Part shown: positions 9,063 through 19,156 of the stretch, piece by piece
Layout of the letters: each line of letters begins with the position of its first letter
Numbering within the stretch: the first letter of the stretch is position 1
DNA from: Leptonemataceae bacterium
GTDB lineage: Bacteria; Spirochaetota; Leptospiria; Leptospirales; Leptonemataceae
NCBI GenBank assembly: GCA_965227295.1
Contig: OZ245742.1
Coordinates: 5,568,001-5,632,000, forward strand
Length of the DNA: 64,000 nucleotides
Direction: 5' to 3'
The notes under the pieces: generated by a model
What the model saw: the letters and a program-made list of their open reading frames with translations, nothing else
What the model was told of the DNA's origin: nothing
Database searches by the model: none
Position numbers and translations under genes: made by a program

Positions 9063-10223
9063 TTATGTAATAGAGATAGGCGCGGAATCGGAAACGGCCA
9101 GGGAATTCCTGCGCAACGCACGCACGCGCTCGACGGCCGTAACATAATCCCGCACGATCGCCTCGATCCGCGCCGCGCCGTTTGCCCGGGCATCCGCCGG
9201 CACTCCTGTTGCATCGACACTGCAACGCAACGACGTCCCGGTTCGCAAACGCAGCGGCCCCGACACATCCGCGTACAGAAACAGCCCCACGCCGCGCACG
9301 AATTCCGCCGCGGCGGTGAGATCGGCCAGGGCTCCGCGCGCGCCGCGGAGGCGCGGTCGTGTAATCACCGCGGAAGCCCGGGCGGCCGGACTGCCGTAGG
9401 TTAAGCGCGCGCTGTCCCGCTCACAGCCCAAACGCAGGTTGCTCAGACGCGCCCCGGCCTCGGTACCGTAGAGCACGGCTACTAATCTGCGTTCGCCGAA
9501 TGTTAATCCGCGTTCCCGTTTCCCGAAGTTCCGCGCCGTGACGAGATCCACGGCGTCGAGACTCAGGCAACGCATGGTATAGTATGCCAGCAGGACTTCC
9601 CGGGGTTCCAGGCCGCCGCCGGGGCGGCCGTCGCTGAAGGCCTCGTAGAGATCGTTCACGTCCTCGAAGCCGGCGACCGCGGCCAGGGCTGCGCTATTTT
9701 GAATGCGCGCATCCTCGCGCAGCCAATCTTCCAGGCCCCGCCCGGCGACACGCAGGCAAAGCGCACGCTCCTGTGGTTCGCTGCGAAGATAGCGCGCAAA
9801 TTCGCCGGCGTCGAAGTTCATGCCGCGCACGCTGCGCAGCCGACCGAAGCGCCGCACCAGGGTCGGCAGAGCGGCCGCATCACACTCGTTCGCGTACATG
9901 AGATAGGCCAGCACGTCCTCGGGGCGGCGATCCATGCGATGGGCGAGAAACGTAACGCAGCGATGCAGCAGCCGCTGCGCGGCGGCCCGGGAAAGGTCGC
10001 GACCGCTCGCCAGTTCGAGATGATCGATCTCGCAGCCGCCCGGATAGTCCGCGTGCACGATGTCCGCCGGCGTCGGCTGCGGCGACGTCGGTGAGTACAT
10101 GCGCACGAGACGATACTCGCGGAAGCCGTGATGCAGGAGCGGCGGCGTCACTGCAAGTGCGGACAAGGGAAATGACGGTCCACCGTTGCGCGGACGGGAT
10201 GTTACGTGTACTTTTTGATACAT
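9063..10223 (-). CDS. Hypothetical protein (start uncertain; ATG 10100 is an alternative)
   Basis: Long ORF whose stop abuts the zupT start; no family recognised. Confidence 0.6.
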   Translation of the reverse strand: MYQKVHVTSRPRNGGPSFPLSALAVTPPLLHHGFREYRLVRMYSPTSPQPTPADIVHADYPGGCEIDHLELASGRDLSRAAAQRLLHRCVTFLAHRMDRRPEDVLAYLMYANECDAAALPTLVRRFGRLRSVRGMNFDAGEFARYLRSEPQERALCLRVAGRGLEDWLREDARIQNSAALAAVAGFEDVNDLYEAFSDGRPGGGLEPREVLLAYYTMRCLSLDAVDLVTARNFGKRERGLTFGERRLVAVLYGTEAGARLSNLRLGCERDSARLTYGSPAARASAVITRPRLRGARGALADLTAAAEFVRGVGLFLYADVSGPLRLRTGTSLRCSVDATGVPADARANGAARIEAIVRDYVTAVERVRALRRNSLAVSDSAPISIT

Positions 10224-10339
10224 GTCGTGTGTTTGTTGACGATTTCAGGCGGGCCCTGATTCGGCAAGAAGCTATTGCACGGCCCCGTCATCGCAGCGAA
10301 AACGAATGACAGGCCCCGCCTCCGCCGCGAGCATGGCCC

Positions 10340-11128
10340 ATGCACGGAATCCTGCGCACCCTTCTTAAAGTTCTTTTAATTTCAGTTAGTGTCCCGCTCC
10401 TGGCCTGCGGGGGCTACGAGGAGCATCCCTCGGGCCTCAAGTTCCGCGACGAGGTCGTGGGCAGCGGCGAATCGCCCGAGGCCGGCGACTACGTTACCGT
10501 CCACTACACCGGCCGCCTCTACGACAGCGGGGCGAAGTTCGACTCCTCCCTGGATCGCGACCGGCCGTTTACGTTTCAGATCGGCCGGGGCCAGGTCATC
10601 CAGGGCTGGGACATCGGCGTCATGAGCATGAAAAAAGGCGGCAAGCGCATCCTGGTCATTCCGCCGGACCTGGGCTACGGCGAACGCGGGGCCGGGCCGC
10701 GCATCCCGCCGAACTCCACGCTCAAGTTCGACGTGGAACTGCTCGACTTCCGCAAACCGCCGGAACCCTGGCCGACGCCGGAAACGGCGGCACGGCGCGC
10801 CGCCGGCGGTCTTCAGTACTACGTATTATCCGAAGGCGAAGGCGAACGCCCGCAGGCCGGTCAAACCGTGGCGGTCCACTACTCCGGGTACCTGGAGGAC
10901 GGCACGCTCTTCGACAGCTCACGGACCCGGGGCGAACCCATTGAGTTCGTGCTCGGTCAGGGCCAGGTCATCAAGGGCTGGGACGCCGGCATCGCCCTCA
11001 TGAAACCGGGCGCGAAGTACAAGCTGGTCATCCCGCCGAATCTGGGCTACGGCGATCAGGGCGCCGGTCGGGTCATTCCGCCGAACGCAACGCTCATCTT
11101 CGATGTCGAGTTGGTGGAAGTAAAATAA
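10340..11128 (+). CDS. Tandem two-domain FKBP-type peptidyl-prolyl isomerase, predicted lipoprotein
   Basis: Lipobox LLAC; two copies of VHY(T/S)G.L..G..FDSS..R..P..F..G.GQVI.GWD.G...LVIPP.LGYG..GAG..IPPN.TL.FDVEL. Confidence 0.93.
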   Translation: MHGILRTLLKVLLISVSVPLLACGGYEEHPSGLKFRDEVVGSGESPEAGDYVTVHYTGRLYDSGAKFDSSLDRDRPFTFQIGRGQVIQGWDIGVMSMKKGGKRILVIPPDLGYGERGAGPRIPPNSTLKFDVELLDFRKPPEPWPTPETAARRAAGGLQYYVLSEGEGERPQAGQTVAVHYSGYLEDGTLFDSSRTRGEPIEFVLGQGQVIKGWDAGIALMKPGAKYKLVIPPNLGYGDQGAGRVIPPNATLIFDVELVEVK

Positions 11129-11206
11129 ACATCACAGCCCCGGTCACCGTGCCCCGCTGCGAATGAAGTTGACGGATCTCTTGCGCTGAAGTACGAGCGT
11201 CCTGGC

Positions 11207-11695
11207 ATGAAAGATCTTGCAATGAATCTCTCACGTCCGGCGTTCCTCCTGCTCCTTGCCACAACGACGTTCCTCGCCTGCACGTTCAGCCAGAACATCG
11301 GCGGCTCGTACGAAATCGAGGGCCCGGGGGATATCGAAAGCCGGGTCGCCATCGTGAACGCAGCCCTGGTGGAACGCTTCAAGGATTCCGAAACCATGCA
11401 GGCCGAACTGGCGGAGCACTTCGAGATCGCGTCGGAGGACATTCGCTCGGTCCGGCTCACCGCCGGTCAGTATACGAGCAGCACGGAGGAGGGCGAGACG
11501 CGCCGGGCCATCTTGCAGATCAACGTATCGGTAGCCGCCTCGTTGGAACTGGATCCGAACGAAATCGTCGAGTATCTCAGCGAGGAAACCGGGAAGGTCC
11601 TGCGACCGAAAGGCTTCACGCTAAAGAGGTTCGCGTCCCCTCTGGGAATCTTCGCGCTCGCGCGAAACCTGCGGGCCGCCGCTCAGCCCGCGTAG
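11207..11695 (+). CDS. Hypothetical lipoprotein
   Basis: Hydrophobic stretch ending in FLAC lipobox; start may be ATG 11222. Confidence 0.65.
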   Translation: MKDLAMNLSRPAFLLLLATTTFLACTFSQNIGGSYEIEGPGDIESRVAIVNAALVERFKDSETMQAELAEHFEIASEDIRSVRLTAGQYTSSTEEGETRRAILQINVSVAASLELDPNEIVEYLSEETGKVLRPKGFTLKRFASPLGIFALARNLRAAAQPA

Positions 11696-11958
11696 TCGCG
11701 AACGTTCTCGTCGAGCAACACGCGGCGGTCGGTGATCCTGTCGCGCAGAATGATGTAGCCGTCCCGATCACAGTCCAGCTCCAGGCGCGATGTGCCGGTC
11801 TGGCTCCGGAAGTACTTCTCAATAAAACAATTCGGCTCCAGGCCGAGCGCGCGGAGCAAGTGGTGATGATGCTGGATGATTTCAGCTTTGTGCGCGTCCA
11901 GGATCTCCCGCCAGTTGCCGGGGATTGGAAACGATGATGATGCGGAGGCTGCACTCAT
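11683..11958 (-). CDS. Small hypothetical protein
   Basis: 91-aa ORF with protein-like composition, preceded by an AT-rich promoter-like region (11960-12070). Confidence 0.55.
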   Translation of the reverse strand: MSAASASSSFPIPGNWREILDAHKAEIIQHHHHLLRALGLEPNCFIEKYFRSQTGTSRLELDCDRDGYIILRDRITDRRVLLDENVRDYAG

Positions 11959-12070
11959 GATGACTCTCTACTGCCTCTTAGATTTTCGCCAATTCTAATG
12001 GTTCAACTAAATCTGTGCAATCCCGATTCTTGCTGATTTTTAACAATCATAGCCATCTTTCACTAAAAAA

Positions 12071-12912
12071 CTACGGTTTTAGCTGTAAAATATGAACAAT
12101 TTCTCCGCGCGCATTCACAATTCGCACAGTCATGTTTCCGTTTGAGTCGATCTCGATCTCGCCGAAGTTGAACCAGCCCAGGGCTTCCTCAAAACTCCGC
12201 ATAATTTGCCAGGCCCTCGAGCAACCATCGCAGTTATTCGACGCCGAGCATGGACTTGCCGTGGTCGGCGGCTTTGCGCGGGTCGCGGTACTGGCGATTG
12301 TCGAGCAGGAAGATTTCTAAATGTTTGCCGAAACGAAGTTTACGATAGATGCGGCCGGTTTCTTCCAGCTGTGATGAAATGGGATTCCACTCGAAGAAGG
12401 CCGCCCGGCCTGTTGCCGTACATGCCGGCTTCTTCGCAACGATTGTCGGCGTAGATCATGTCTCCCAGGCCGATGAAAAAATCATAACCGATACTTTTCT
12501 TTGACTGCGTCACCGGGACCCGTGCCGCCCTGTCCCGGAGGACGCGCACGATCGGAAAGCCGAGCTCGCGATCCCGGCAAACATTCTGTCCGGCGATGTC
12601 ACCGCCGAAGGCGAAACGTACCGGCGCGGGAAAATTCGCCGGAGGCGCCGTGCGAAACGAACCGCGCGCGATCCACGTCGCATCCTCCGGCGCCGCGGCG
12701 TTCCGCCATCCCGCGAAAGGACCGGTGTCGAACCACACGGTGTAACGATAGTTCTCGTGCGGGGCCAGTCCGCCGATCGTAACCTTGCCGGTGAAGTCGC
12801 CGGCCGCGTCGATAACATCGCCGGCGGCGACACCGTGCGTGATGGTGCCGTAGCGCGGGCCGCAGGCGAGACCGGCGACGAACAGAAAGACGAAACAACG
12901 CGAGAGATGCAC
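12071..12912 (-). pseudogene. phoD: PhoD-family alkaline phosphatase pseudogene (internal deletions, frameshifts, nonsense codon)
   Basis: Fragments in three frames: HGVAAGDV..GSFRTAP..FAFGGD..FFIGLGDMIYAD; then GRAAFFEWNPI..GRIYRKLRFGKHLEIFLLDNRQYRD..KSMLGVE*LRWL (TAA at 12234-12236); then WFNFGEIEIDSNGNMTVRIVNARG..KP* ending at 12071. Confidence 0.85.
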
Positions 12913-12994
12913 GGCGCGAGACTGGCAGGCCTTAATCGGGCGGCAATCGGAAATCGATGGACGCCTGCCCGCGAACCGCGAGAAAGTTCGTCGC

Positions 12995-13852
12995 ATGAGC
13001 GATCGTCCCGCACAGCAGTCGCCCTTCGCGCCGGCAGAAGCCCCCGGCGCCGGCATTCGCGAACGCCTGCACGAAATCATCTTCGGCGCGGAAACGCCCT
13101 TGGGCAAGGCCTTCGACGTGGCGCTTCTGTGGGCCATCGTCATTTCGGTGGTGGCCGTGCTCCTGGAAAGCGTCCCGGAAATTCGCGGGCGTTACGGCAC
13201 CGAACTCAAGTACATTGAGTGGGCCTTCACCATCGTCTTTACGATCGAGTACTTCGCCCGCCTGTGCGCCGTGCGCCGGCCGCTGCGCTACGCACGCTCG
13301 TTCTTCGGCATCGTGGACCTGCTGGCCGTCGTGCCGACGTACCTCAGCATCGTGTTCATTGGCACGCACTACTTTCTGGTGGTACGCATCTTACGATTGT
13401 TGCGCATCTTCCGGGTATTCAAACTCGTCCGCTATACCGGCGAGGCCGATCTCATTCTGCGTGCCCTCATGCTGTCCCGCGCAAAGATCACGGTCTTCCT
13501 CGGCGGAGTGCTCACGCTCGTGGTCATCATCGGTTCGCTTATGTACGTCATCGAAGGCGAGGCCAACGGTTTCACGAGCATCCCGAAGAGCATCTACTGG
13601 GCGATCGTCACGCTGACCACCGTGGGATACGGCGACGTCACTCCGCAAACGCCCCTGGGCCAGATGCTCTCGGCGCTGGTCATGCTGATTGGTTACGGGA
13701 TCATCGCCGTGCCTACGGGCATCGTGACGGCGGAGATTACGTCGGAGGTGCAACGTCGCGCGAAGCTCGACCATCGCACCTGCGCACACTGCGGGGCGGA
13801 AGGCCACGAGCGCGACGCGGAGTTCTGTAAGTTTTGCGGAGGTGAACTTTAG
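12995..13852 (+). CDS. Voltage-gated potassium-channel-type ion transporter
   Basis: S4-like RILRLLRIFRVFK, TTVGYGD selectivity filter, C-terminal CxxC..CxxC zinc ribbon. Confidence 0.92.
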   Translation: MSDRPAQQSPFAPAEAPGAGIRERLHEIIFGAETPLGKAFDVALLWAIVISVVAVLLESVPEIRGRYGTELKYIEWAFTIVFTIEYFARLCAVRRPLRYARSFFGIVDLLAVVPTYLSIVFIGTHYFLVVRILRLLRIFRVFKLVRYTGEADLILRALMLSRAKITVFLGGVLTLVVIIGSLMYVIEGEANGFTSIPKSIYWAIVTLTTVGYGDVTPQTPLGQMLSALVMLIGYGIIAVPTGIVTAEITSEVQRRAKLDHRTCAHCGAEGHERDAEFCKFCGGEL

Positions 13853-13857
13853 GAATT

Positions 13858-16800
13858 CTACCGCCGTCGCAACGTCAGGTATTTGTAGTCTTTCTCAAAC
13901 CCGAAGTCGATCAACGCCTGCGCGTATTCGCTTTTCGGCGCGGCCGTGTCGTTGATCGTCTCGACGCGCACCTGCCCCGGCGGCTGAAACGCGCGCCCTA
14001 AGATGCGTTCAAATAACTTTAAGTAGAGCTTCAGACGCTCGTTCTCCGGCGGGCGACGAATCTCAAGCACGGCGCCGTTGCGGCGCGAAATGAGCACAAC
14101 CTCCGCGCCGTCCATCACGAAGTGCGTGCCGCTCTTGCGATCCGGAAAACTCGCGAACGGCCGCGGGTCCACATTCGTTACGGCGCCGTCGAAACGCAGG
14201 CCGCAAACCGAAGCCGGATCCTTCGCGGACATCGCATACACACGATCTTCCTCCAGGCCGCGACGCAACACACGGTAGGCCGCGGCGGAGGCGAATTGCA
14301 GGCCGGGGACGCCTTCGAAAAAGTAACCGCCCAGAATCTCACCGGAGAGTTCCATCAAACGCAACTGGCGAAGCACCGCCGACCAGCGCAGCGCCGGTAA
14401 CTCACGCTGCAACAATTCACGAAACAACACGCCGTAGCGCGCGAACAACAATCGAATGCGTTCGCGAACGAGCTCCTCTTCTTCCAGTAGATCGTCCGCG
14501 CGACTTTCCGGCAGGTTCAAAAAATACCAGCGCCCGCCCGGCTGCCGGCCCTGGGACCAGCGTCCTTCGAGGGTCGCGCGAAAGGCCGCACGACGCGCCT
14601 GTTGCGGTGGAATCGCCTGAAACTTTTTTTCGATACCGCGGCGCACCGTGACGAAGGCGTCACTCGCAATCTCCCCACGCCAGGCCGCACGCCAGAGCAA
14701 CTCCACAAGTTCCCCGGCATCGCGATCGGCGCGCTGGGCCAGCTCCAGCGCGTCGTAACGCGCGGCGGGATCGATCCACAGTTGCCGCAACGCCTCGCGG
14801 TCCGCCGCGGCCTGTTCGTCTTCATCGTCAAGCGGCGCGCGCGGAAATAAATCGAGATCTTCGGCGAAGGCGAACGCGATGGTTTCTTTGCCGCAACCGA
14901 ACCAGGCCAGACTGCTCTCCTGAAACAAACTATCGAAGAAAGCAGTATGATAGGGCGACACTCGAAACGGAAGGATGTCCTGCTCCCACTGCGCAGCCTG
15001 CGCCGGATATCCCAACAGTGATTCCAGGCGCCGCTTCATGACTTCCAGGGGACCTGCGCCGGCCGCGTCGGCGTCGATTTCCAGCGGAATCAATCCCTGA
15101 TACTCCGCCAGAAAAACGGGCAGCAGCCGTACCGGCAACGTCCGTTCCACGGCTCCCCGGGCGCGGCGACGCACCAGGCGCAGGAGATGTTCCAGGTTGT
15201 CCGCGTCGCAGAGACGCAAGCGGGATTCGCCCAGGTGATCCGGGGCCGGCGTCCGCACGAGCAAATGTTCGCGCAAAAGATCGTCCAAAAGAGACGCCCA
15301 CGCGTCTCCCGCGAGTCCGAAGCACACGGGCACGATGTCCTCGTTCGCGGGGCCGTAGTAACGCAGGAACTGCGCCACGAGACGCGCGGCGAGCCGGCGA
15401 TCCCCGTTCGTCGCAAACGTACCCAGGTCCCCGAGGTTCTCGAGGGCCGTCACGACGGGCACGCCGGCCCCGGGCAGCAGGATTTCGCACAGGTGCTCGC
15501 TTAACTCTTTCTGTACAGAAGCTAAGAACGAAGACCGCGCGTTGCCGGACTCCTCGGCCGCGTCCGCACCGGCGGCCGCAGCCTCAAACAACTCACGGCC
15601 GTCCCGTTGCATCGCCGCGAGCAAGGCCTGCCACTCCGGCCGCGGGATGATCAGGCGCTCTTTGACCCACTCGACAAGGTCCTGGACCGAACGCGGCGAG
15701 TACTCCGGCGCCGTGCGCTGGAGCTTCGCACGGAACTCCTCGTAGAGTTCGCGCGAAATCTTCGGCCGGCGCTGTTCATCGAACACCACGCGATCCAGCA
15801 GCTCGCCGTCGAGGGTGCTGCGCCGATCCCGCGTGGGCGTGTCATCTGCGTACATAAAGTAGTTCGTCTCGCGCCACACCAGGTCCGCGGCGAAGGGCGA
15901 GGCCCGACGGGTCGTCGTTTCGCTGACAGTGATTTCGCCGCGCTGAATTTCCTCCAGGCGTTCGCGTAACGTATCCAGTTCGAACTCGTCGCGCAGACAC
16001 GTGCGCCAGGTTTCGAGCATGATGGGAAAATCTTTGTAACCACTGACGGCCTCGAGCAACTTCTTCGAACGCAAACGATTGAACCACAACGGCAGGCGTT
16101 GGTCAAAGCCGGACGGCGGGAGCAGCAACGCCCGCCCGGCGTTTTCGCGAAAGCGCGCACCGAAGTAGCCGCTGCTTTCCAGGGACTCGCGCAGCAGATC
16201 TTCCAGGTCCCGCGATGGTACCAGGTCCCATAGATCTTCCACGGCGAAGTCGTCGGGCAGGATCAACAACACACCGTCGTCGTTGTGGGTGGTTTGCAGC
16301 GGGAACGATTGCAAACGCCGCCAGGCGGCGCGCAACGCCAGCGAAAGCGGCCGGTTCGCGCGACCGCCCCAGAATGTGTGCAGGATAACCTGCTTTTGAT
16401 CGCTGCGGTTCAACGGGTCCTGGAAGTGCTCGACGAGCACATGATGACGATGCGGCAACGGCGCGTTCGCGGCGGATCGTTGTGCTTCCAGAAACTCAAG
16501 CAGTTGATTCGCCGCGACTTCGTCCAGGAAGTAATCGCGACGAAATTCACTGAGCAACTCCGCGCGGTACTCCGGCGCCGCGGCATGGGCTAACCTTCCG
16601 TCAATGTCTTCTAAGAATTCACCCAGGCGATCGCAGAGATGCCGGCCGCGGTCGTCGTCCTCGGCGCGCCAGAAAGGCACGATGGCGTGTTTTGCTTCGC
16701 CGGGGACCACAAGCACGTCATTGTGCGTGATCTCCGCGATCTTCCAGTAACGATTGCCCAGATGAAAGACGTCGCCCAGGCTGCGTTCCCAGACGAACTC

Positions 16801-18498
16801 TTCGTCGAGCTGGCCGATCTTCGCGCGGGAATCCTGCACGCGCAGATCATAGTAGCCGCGATCGGGAATCGTGCCGCCGCTCATGTAGAGCACGCGCTCG
16901 GCGCCGTCCCGGGCCCGCACGCGTCGGCGAATGCGATCGTAGGCGATGCGCGGACGCAGTTCTCGTACGCGGGAGTCCGCGAAACGGCCGGAGAGCATAT
17001 CGAGGACCAACTCGAAACCTTCACGGCTTAATTTGCGATACGGATAACTTTGCTTCAGGGTAACGTAAAGGTCGAGGACGTCGCGGTCCGTTCCGGCGCA
17101 CATCGAAACGATCACCTGGGCCAGGACGTCCAGGGGCGCATCCGGCGGGCGCACGGGTTCGATGCTGCGTTCGTCCACGGCCCGGGCCATCACCGCGGCG
17201 TCGAGGACGTCCCGGCCGTGGGCGGGATAAATCCAACCGCGCGAAGTTTCACCGACGCCGTGCCCCGCCCGGCCGATGCGTTGCAGCGACGACGACACCC
17301 GGCGGGGTGTCTGGATCATCACCACCTCGTCCACACTGCCGATGTCGATGCCCAGTTCCAGAGAAGACGTCGCCACGATGGCCGGCAGCTCACCGGCCTT
17401 CAAGCGTTCCTCGACCAGCAGTCGAATGTCCCGGGACAACGAACCGTGATGACACAACGCGAGCTGTTCGTCCTCGCCCTCGTTCAGGAAGCGCGCGATC
17501 TTTTCGGCCAGGGCCCGGCTGTTCGTAAAGAGCAGCGTCGATCGATTGCGGCGAATGATCGCCTTAAAATCGACGCACATGCGCTGCCAGAGGGCGTCCG
17601 GATCTTCCTCATCGTCCGCGGCAATTTCGTCGTCGGCCGCAGCGTCGGCCGCCGGGAGCATTTCCCCCGGCGGAATGCAACGCACGCCGATCTCTACCCG
17701 CTTTGCGTCACGGGACTCGATGATGCTGACTTTCCGTGGCGTTAAGTTTACCTCGTCAAAACTTTGCACATCCTGCGATACTAGTTCAGAGCCGCCGACA
17801 AAGTCCGCCACCGTTTCCAGCGGACGCACCGTGGCCGACAACGCGATGCGCTGCAGCTCCGGGTTCCCGACGGCCAGGCGTTCCACCGCCGTCATCAAAT
17901 GCGTGCCGCGCCGGCTCCCCGCCACGGCGTGGATCTCGTCGAGAATCACCGTCGTCACCCCGACGACGTTCGCCGTAGCGTTTGCGTTTGCATCATGCTG
18001 CTCGTAAAACAACGCGCGGCCGCGGCGAGACGTGAGCAGGATGTTCAACGATTCCGGCGTGGTGATGAGAATCTCCGGCGGCTTGCGCAGCATACGCTGG
18101 CGCTCGTTCTGCGGCGTGTCGCCACTGCGCACGGCGACGCGCAGGTCCGGGAAGGGCTCGCCGCGCAGCGCGAAGAGGCGTCGGAGTTCCGACAGCGGGC
18201 GCAAGAGATTCCGCTCGACGTCGTTGTTCAACGCCTTGAGCGGCGAGATATAAACCACCCGTACACCGCCGGTCGGCCACACGCCGGTGATGAGCCGATC
18301 CAGCGCCCACAGAAAGGCGCTCAGGGTCTTGCCGCTCCCCGTCGGCGCGGTGATCAGAACGTGCTCGCCCGCGGCAATGCGCGGCCAGGCCTGGCGCTGG
18401 ACGTCCGTAGGTGTTCCTACAATTCCGGCGAACCACTCCGCGACGAGAGGATGAAAGATCTGCAACGAATCTTCGGGCGGTGGTTCCGGGGGCGGCAT
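13858..18498 (-). CDS. lhr: Lhr-like ATP-dependent DEAD/H-box helicase (long form)
   Basis: APTGSGKT, YISPLKAL, ILITTPESL, DEIH, LSAT, ATSSLELGIDIG, QRIGRAGH, GGTIPDRG, C-terminal RYGVLFRE..GYFFEG..G.QFA. Confidence 0.92.
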   Translation of the reverse strand: MPPPEPPPEDSLQIFHPLVAEWFAGIVGTPTDVQRQAWPRIAAGEHVLITAPTGSGKTLSAFLWALDRLITGVWPTGGVRVVYISPLKALNNDVERNLLRPLSELRRLFALRGEPFPDLRVAVRSGDTPQNERQRMLRKPPEILITTPESLNILLTSRRGRALFYEQHDANANATANVVGVTTVILDEIHAVAGSRRGTHLMTAVERLAVGNPELQRIALSATVRPLETVADFVGGSELVSQDVQSFDEVNLTPRKVSIIESRDAKRVEIGVRCIPPGEMLPAADAAADDEIAADDEEDPDALWQRMCVDFKAIIRRNRSTLLFTNSRALAEKIARFLNEGEDEQLALCHHGSLSRDIRLLVEERLKAGELPAIVATSSLELGIDIGSVDEVVMIQTPRRVSSSLQRIGRAGHGVGETSRGWIYPAHGRDVLDAAVMARAVDERSIEPVRPPDAPLDVLAQVIVSMCAGTDRDVLDLYVTLKQSYPYRKLSREGFELVLDMLSGRFADSRVRELRPRIAYDRIRRRVRARDGAERVLYMSGGTIPDRGYYDLRVQDSRAKIGQLDEEFVWERSLGDVFHLGNRYWKIAEITHNDVLVVPGEAKHAIVPFWRAEDDDRGRHLCDRLGEFLEDIDGRLAHAAAPEYRAELLSEFRRDYFLDEVAANQLLEFLEAQRSAANAPLPHRHHVLVEHFQDPLNRSDQKQVILHTFWGGRANRPLSLALRAAWRRLQSFPLQTTHNDDGVLLILPDDFAVEDLWDLVPSRDLEDLLRESLESSGYFGARFRENAGRALLLPPSGFDQRLPLWFNRLRSKKLLEAVSGYKDFPIMLETWRTCLRDEFELDTLRERLEEIQRGEITVSETTTRRASPFAADLVWRETNYFMYADDTPTRDRRSTLDGELLDRVVFDEQRRPKISRELYEEFRAKLQRTAPEYSPRSVQDLVEWVKERLIIPRPEWQALLAAMQRDGRELFEAAAAGADAAEESGNARSSFLASVQKELSEHLCEILLPGAGVPVVTALENLGDLGTFATNGDRRLAARLVAQFLRYYGPANEDIVPVCFGLAGDAWASLLDDLLREHLLVRTPAPDHLGESRLRLCDADNLEHLLRLVRRRARGAVERTLPVRLLPVFLAEYQGLIPLEIDADAAGAGPLEVMKRRLESLLGYPAQAAQWEQDILPFRVSPYHTAFFDSLFQESSLAWFGCGKETIAFAFAEDLDLFPRAPLDDEDEQAAADREALRQLWIDPAARYDALELAQRADRDAGELVELLWRAAWRGEIASDAFVTVRRGIEKKFQAIPPQQARRAAFRATLEGRWSQGRQPGGRWYFLNLPESRADDLLEEEELVRERIRLLFARYGVLFRELLQRELPALRWSAVLRQLRLMELSGEILGGYFFEGVPGLQFASAAAYRVLRRGLEEDRVYAMSAKDPASVCGLRFDGAVTNVDPRPFASFPDRKSGTHFVMDGAEVVLISRRNGAVLEIRRPPENERLKLYLKLFERILGRAFQPPGQVRVETINDTAAPKSEYAQALIDFGFEKDYKYLTLRRR

Positions 18499-18565
18499 TT
18501 GTAAGAGTTCCTACAATTTTGACTTGCGGCACGCGCGATTGCTGGTATTCTTACCGGTAAGTCAG

Positions 18566-19150
18566 ATGGCACGCAAACCGCGCATCAAAACCGAGCTGAA
18601 GAAGCACGCCCGCAAGCTCTTTTATGTCCAGGGATATCCGAACACGGGGATCAGCCAGATCATCGAGTCGGCCGGGACGAACAAGGCAACCTTCTATTAT
18701 AACTATCGCAGCAAAGAACAACTCGGCCGCGAGTATCTCCACGAGTACAGCGATTATCTGCTCATCCGCCTGGCGCGGCAAATGAAACGCTCCGCTTCCC
18801 CCGAAGACTTCATCCGTCGCTGGGTCACACTGGTAAAAAAGGACGTCACCCTGCACGACGATACCTTCAACGGCTGCCCCCTCGGCAACTTCATCAATCA
18901 AATCGACATTCGCGGCACCGAGTTCGCGCCGTTCATCGGTGAGCTGGTGAAAAACTGGGAGGCCCAGCTCTCGCGCTTCTTTGCGGAGATGCAGGCCTCC
19001 GATCGTTTCCCGAAGGACCTCGATCCCACCGCCGCGGCGGCCCGCTGTCTGGCCATCTATCACGGTTGCATGGTTCTGTGGAAAGCCACGCGAGAGCTGA
19101 ATTACATTGAGCAGGCGGAAGAGATGATGATTCGCTGCGTGGCGCGGTGA
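18566..19150 (+). CDS. TetR/AcrR-family transcriptional regulator
   Basis: LFYVQGYPNTGISQII..AGTNKATFYYNYRSKEQL HTH; GCPLGN C-terminal motif. Confidence 0.9.
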   Translation: MARKPRIKTELKKHARKLFYVQGYPNTGISQIIESAGTNKATFYYNYRSKEQLGREYLHEYSDYLLIRLARQMKRSASPEDFIRRWVTLVKKDVTLHDDTFNGCPLGNFINQIDIRGTEFAPFIGELVKNWEAQLSRFFAEMQASDRFPKDLDPTAAAARCLAIYHGCMVLWKATRELNYIEQAEEMMIRCVAR

Positions 19151-19156
19151 ACGCGT

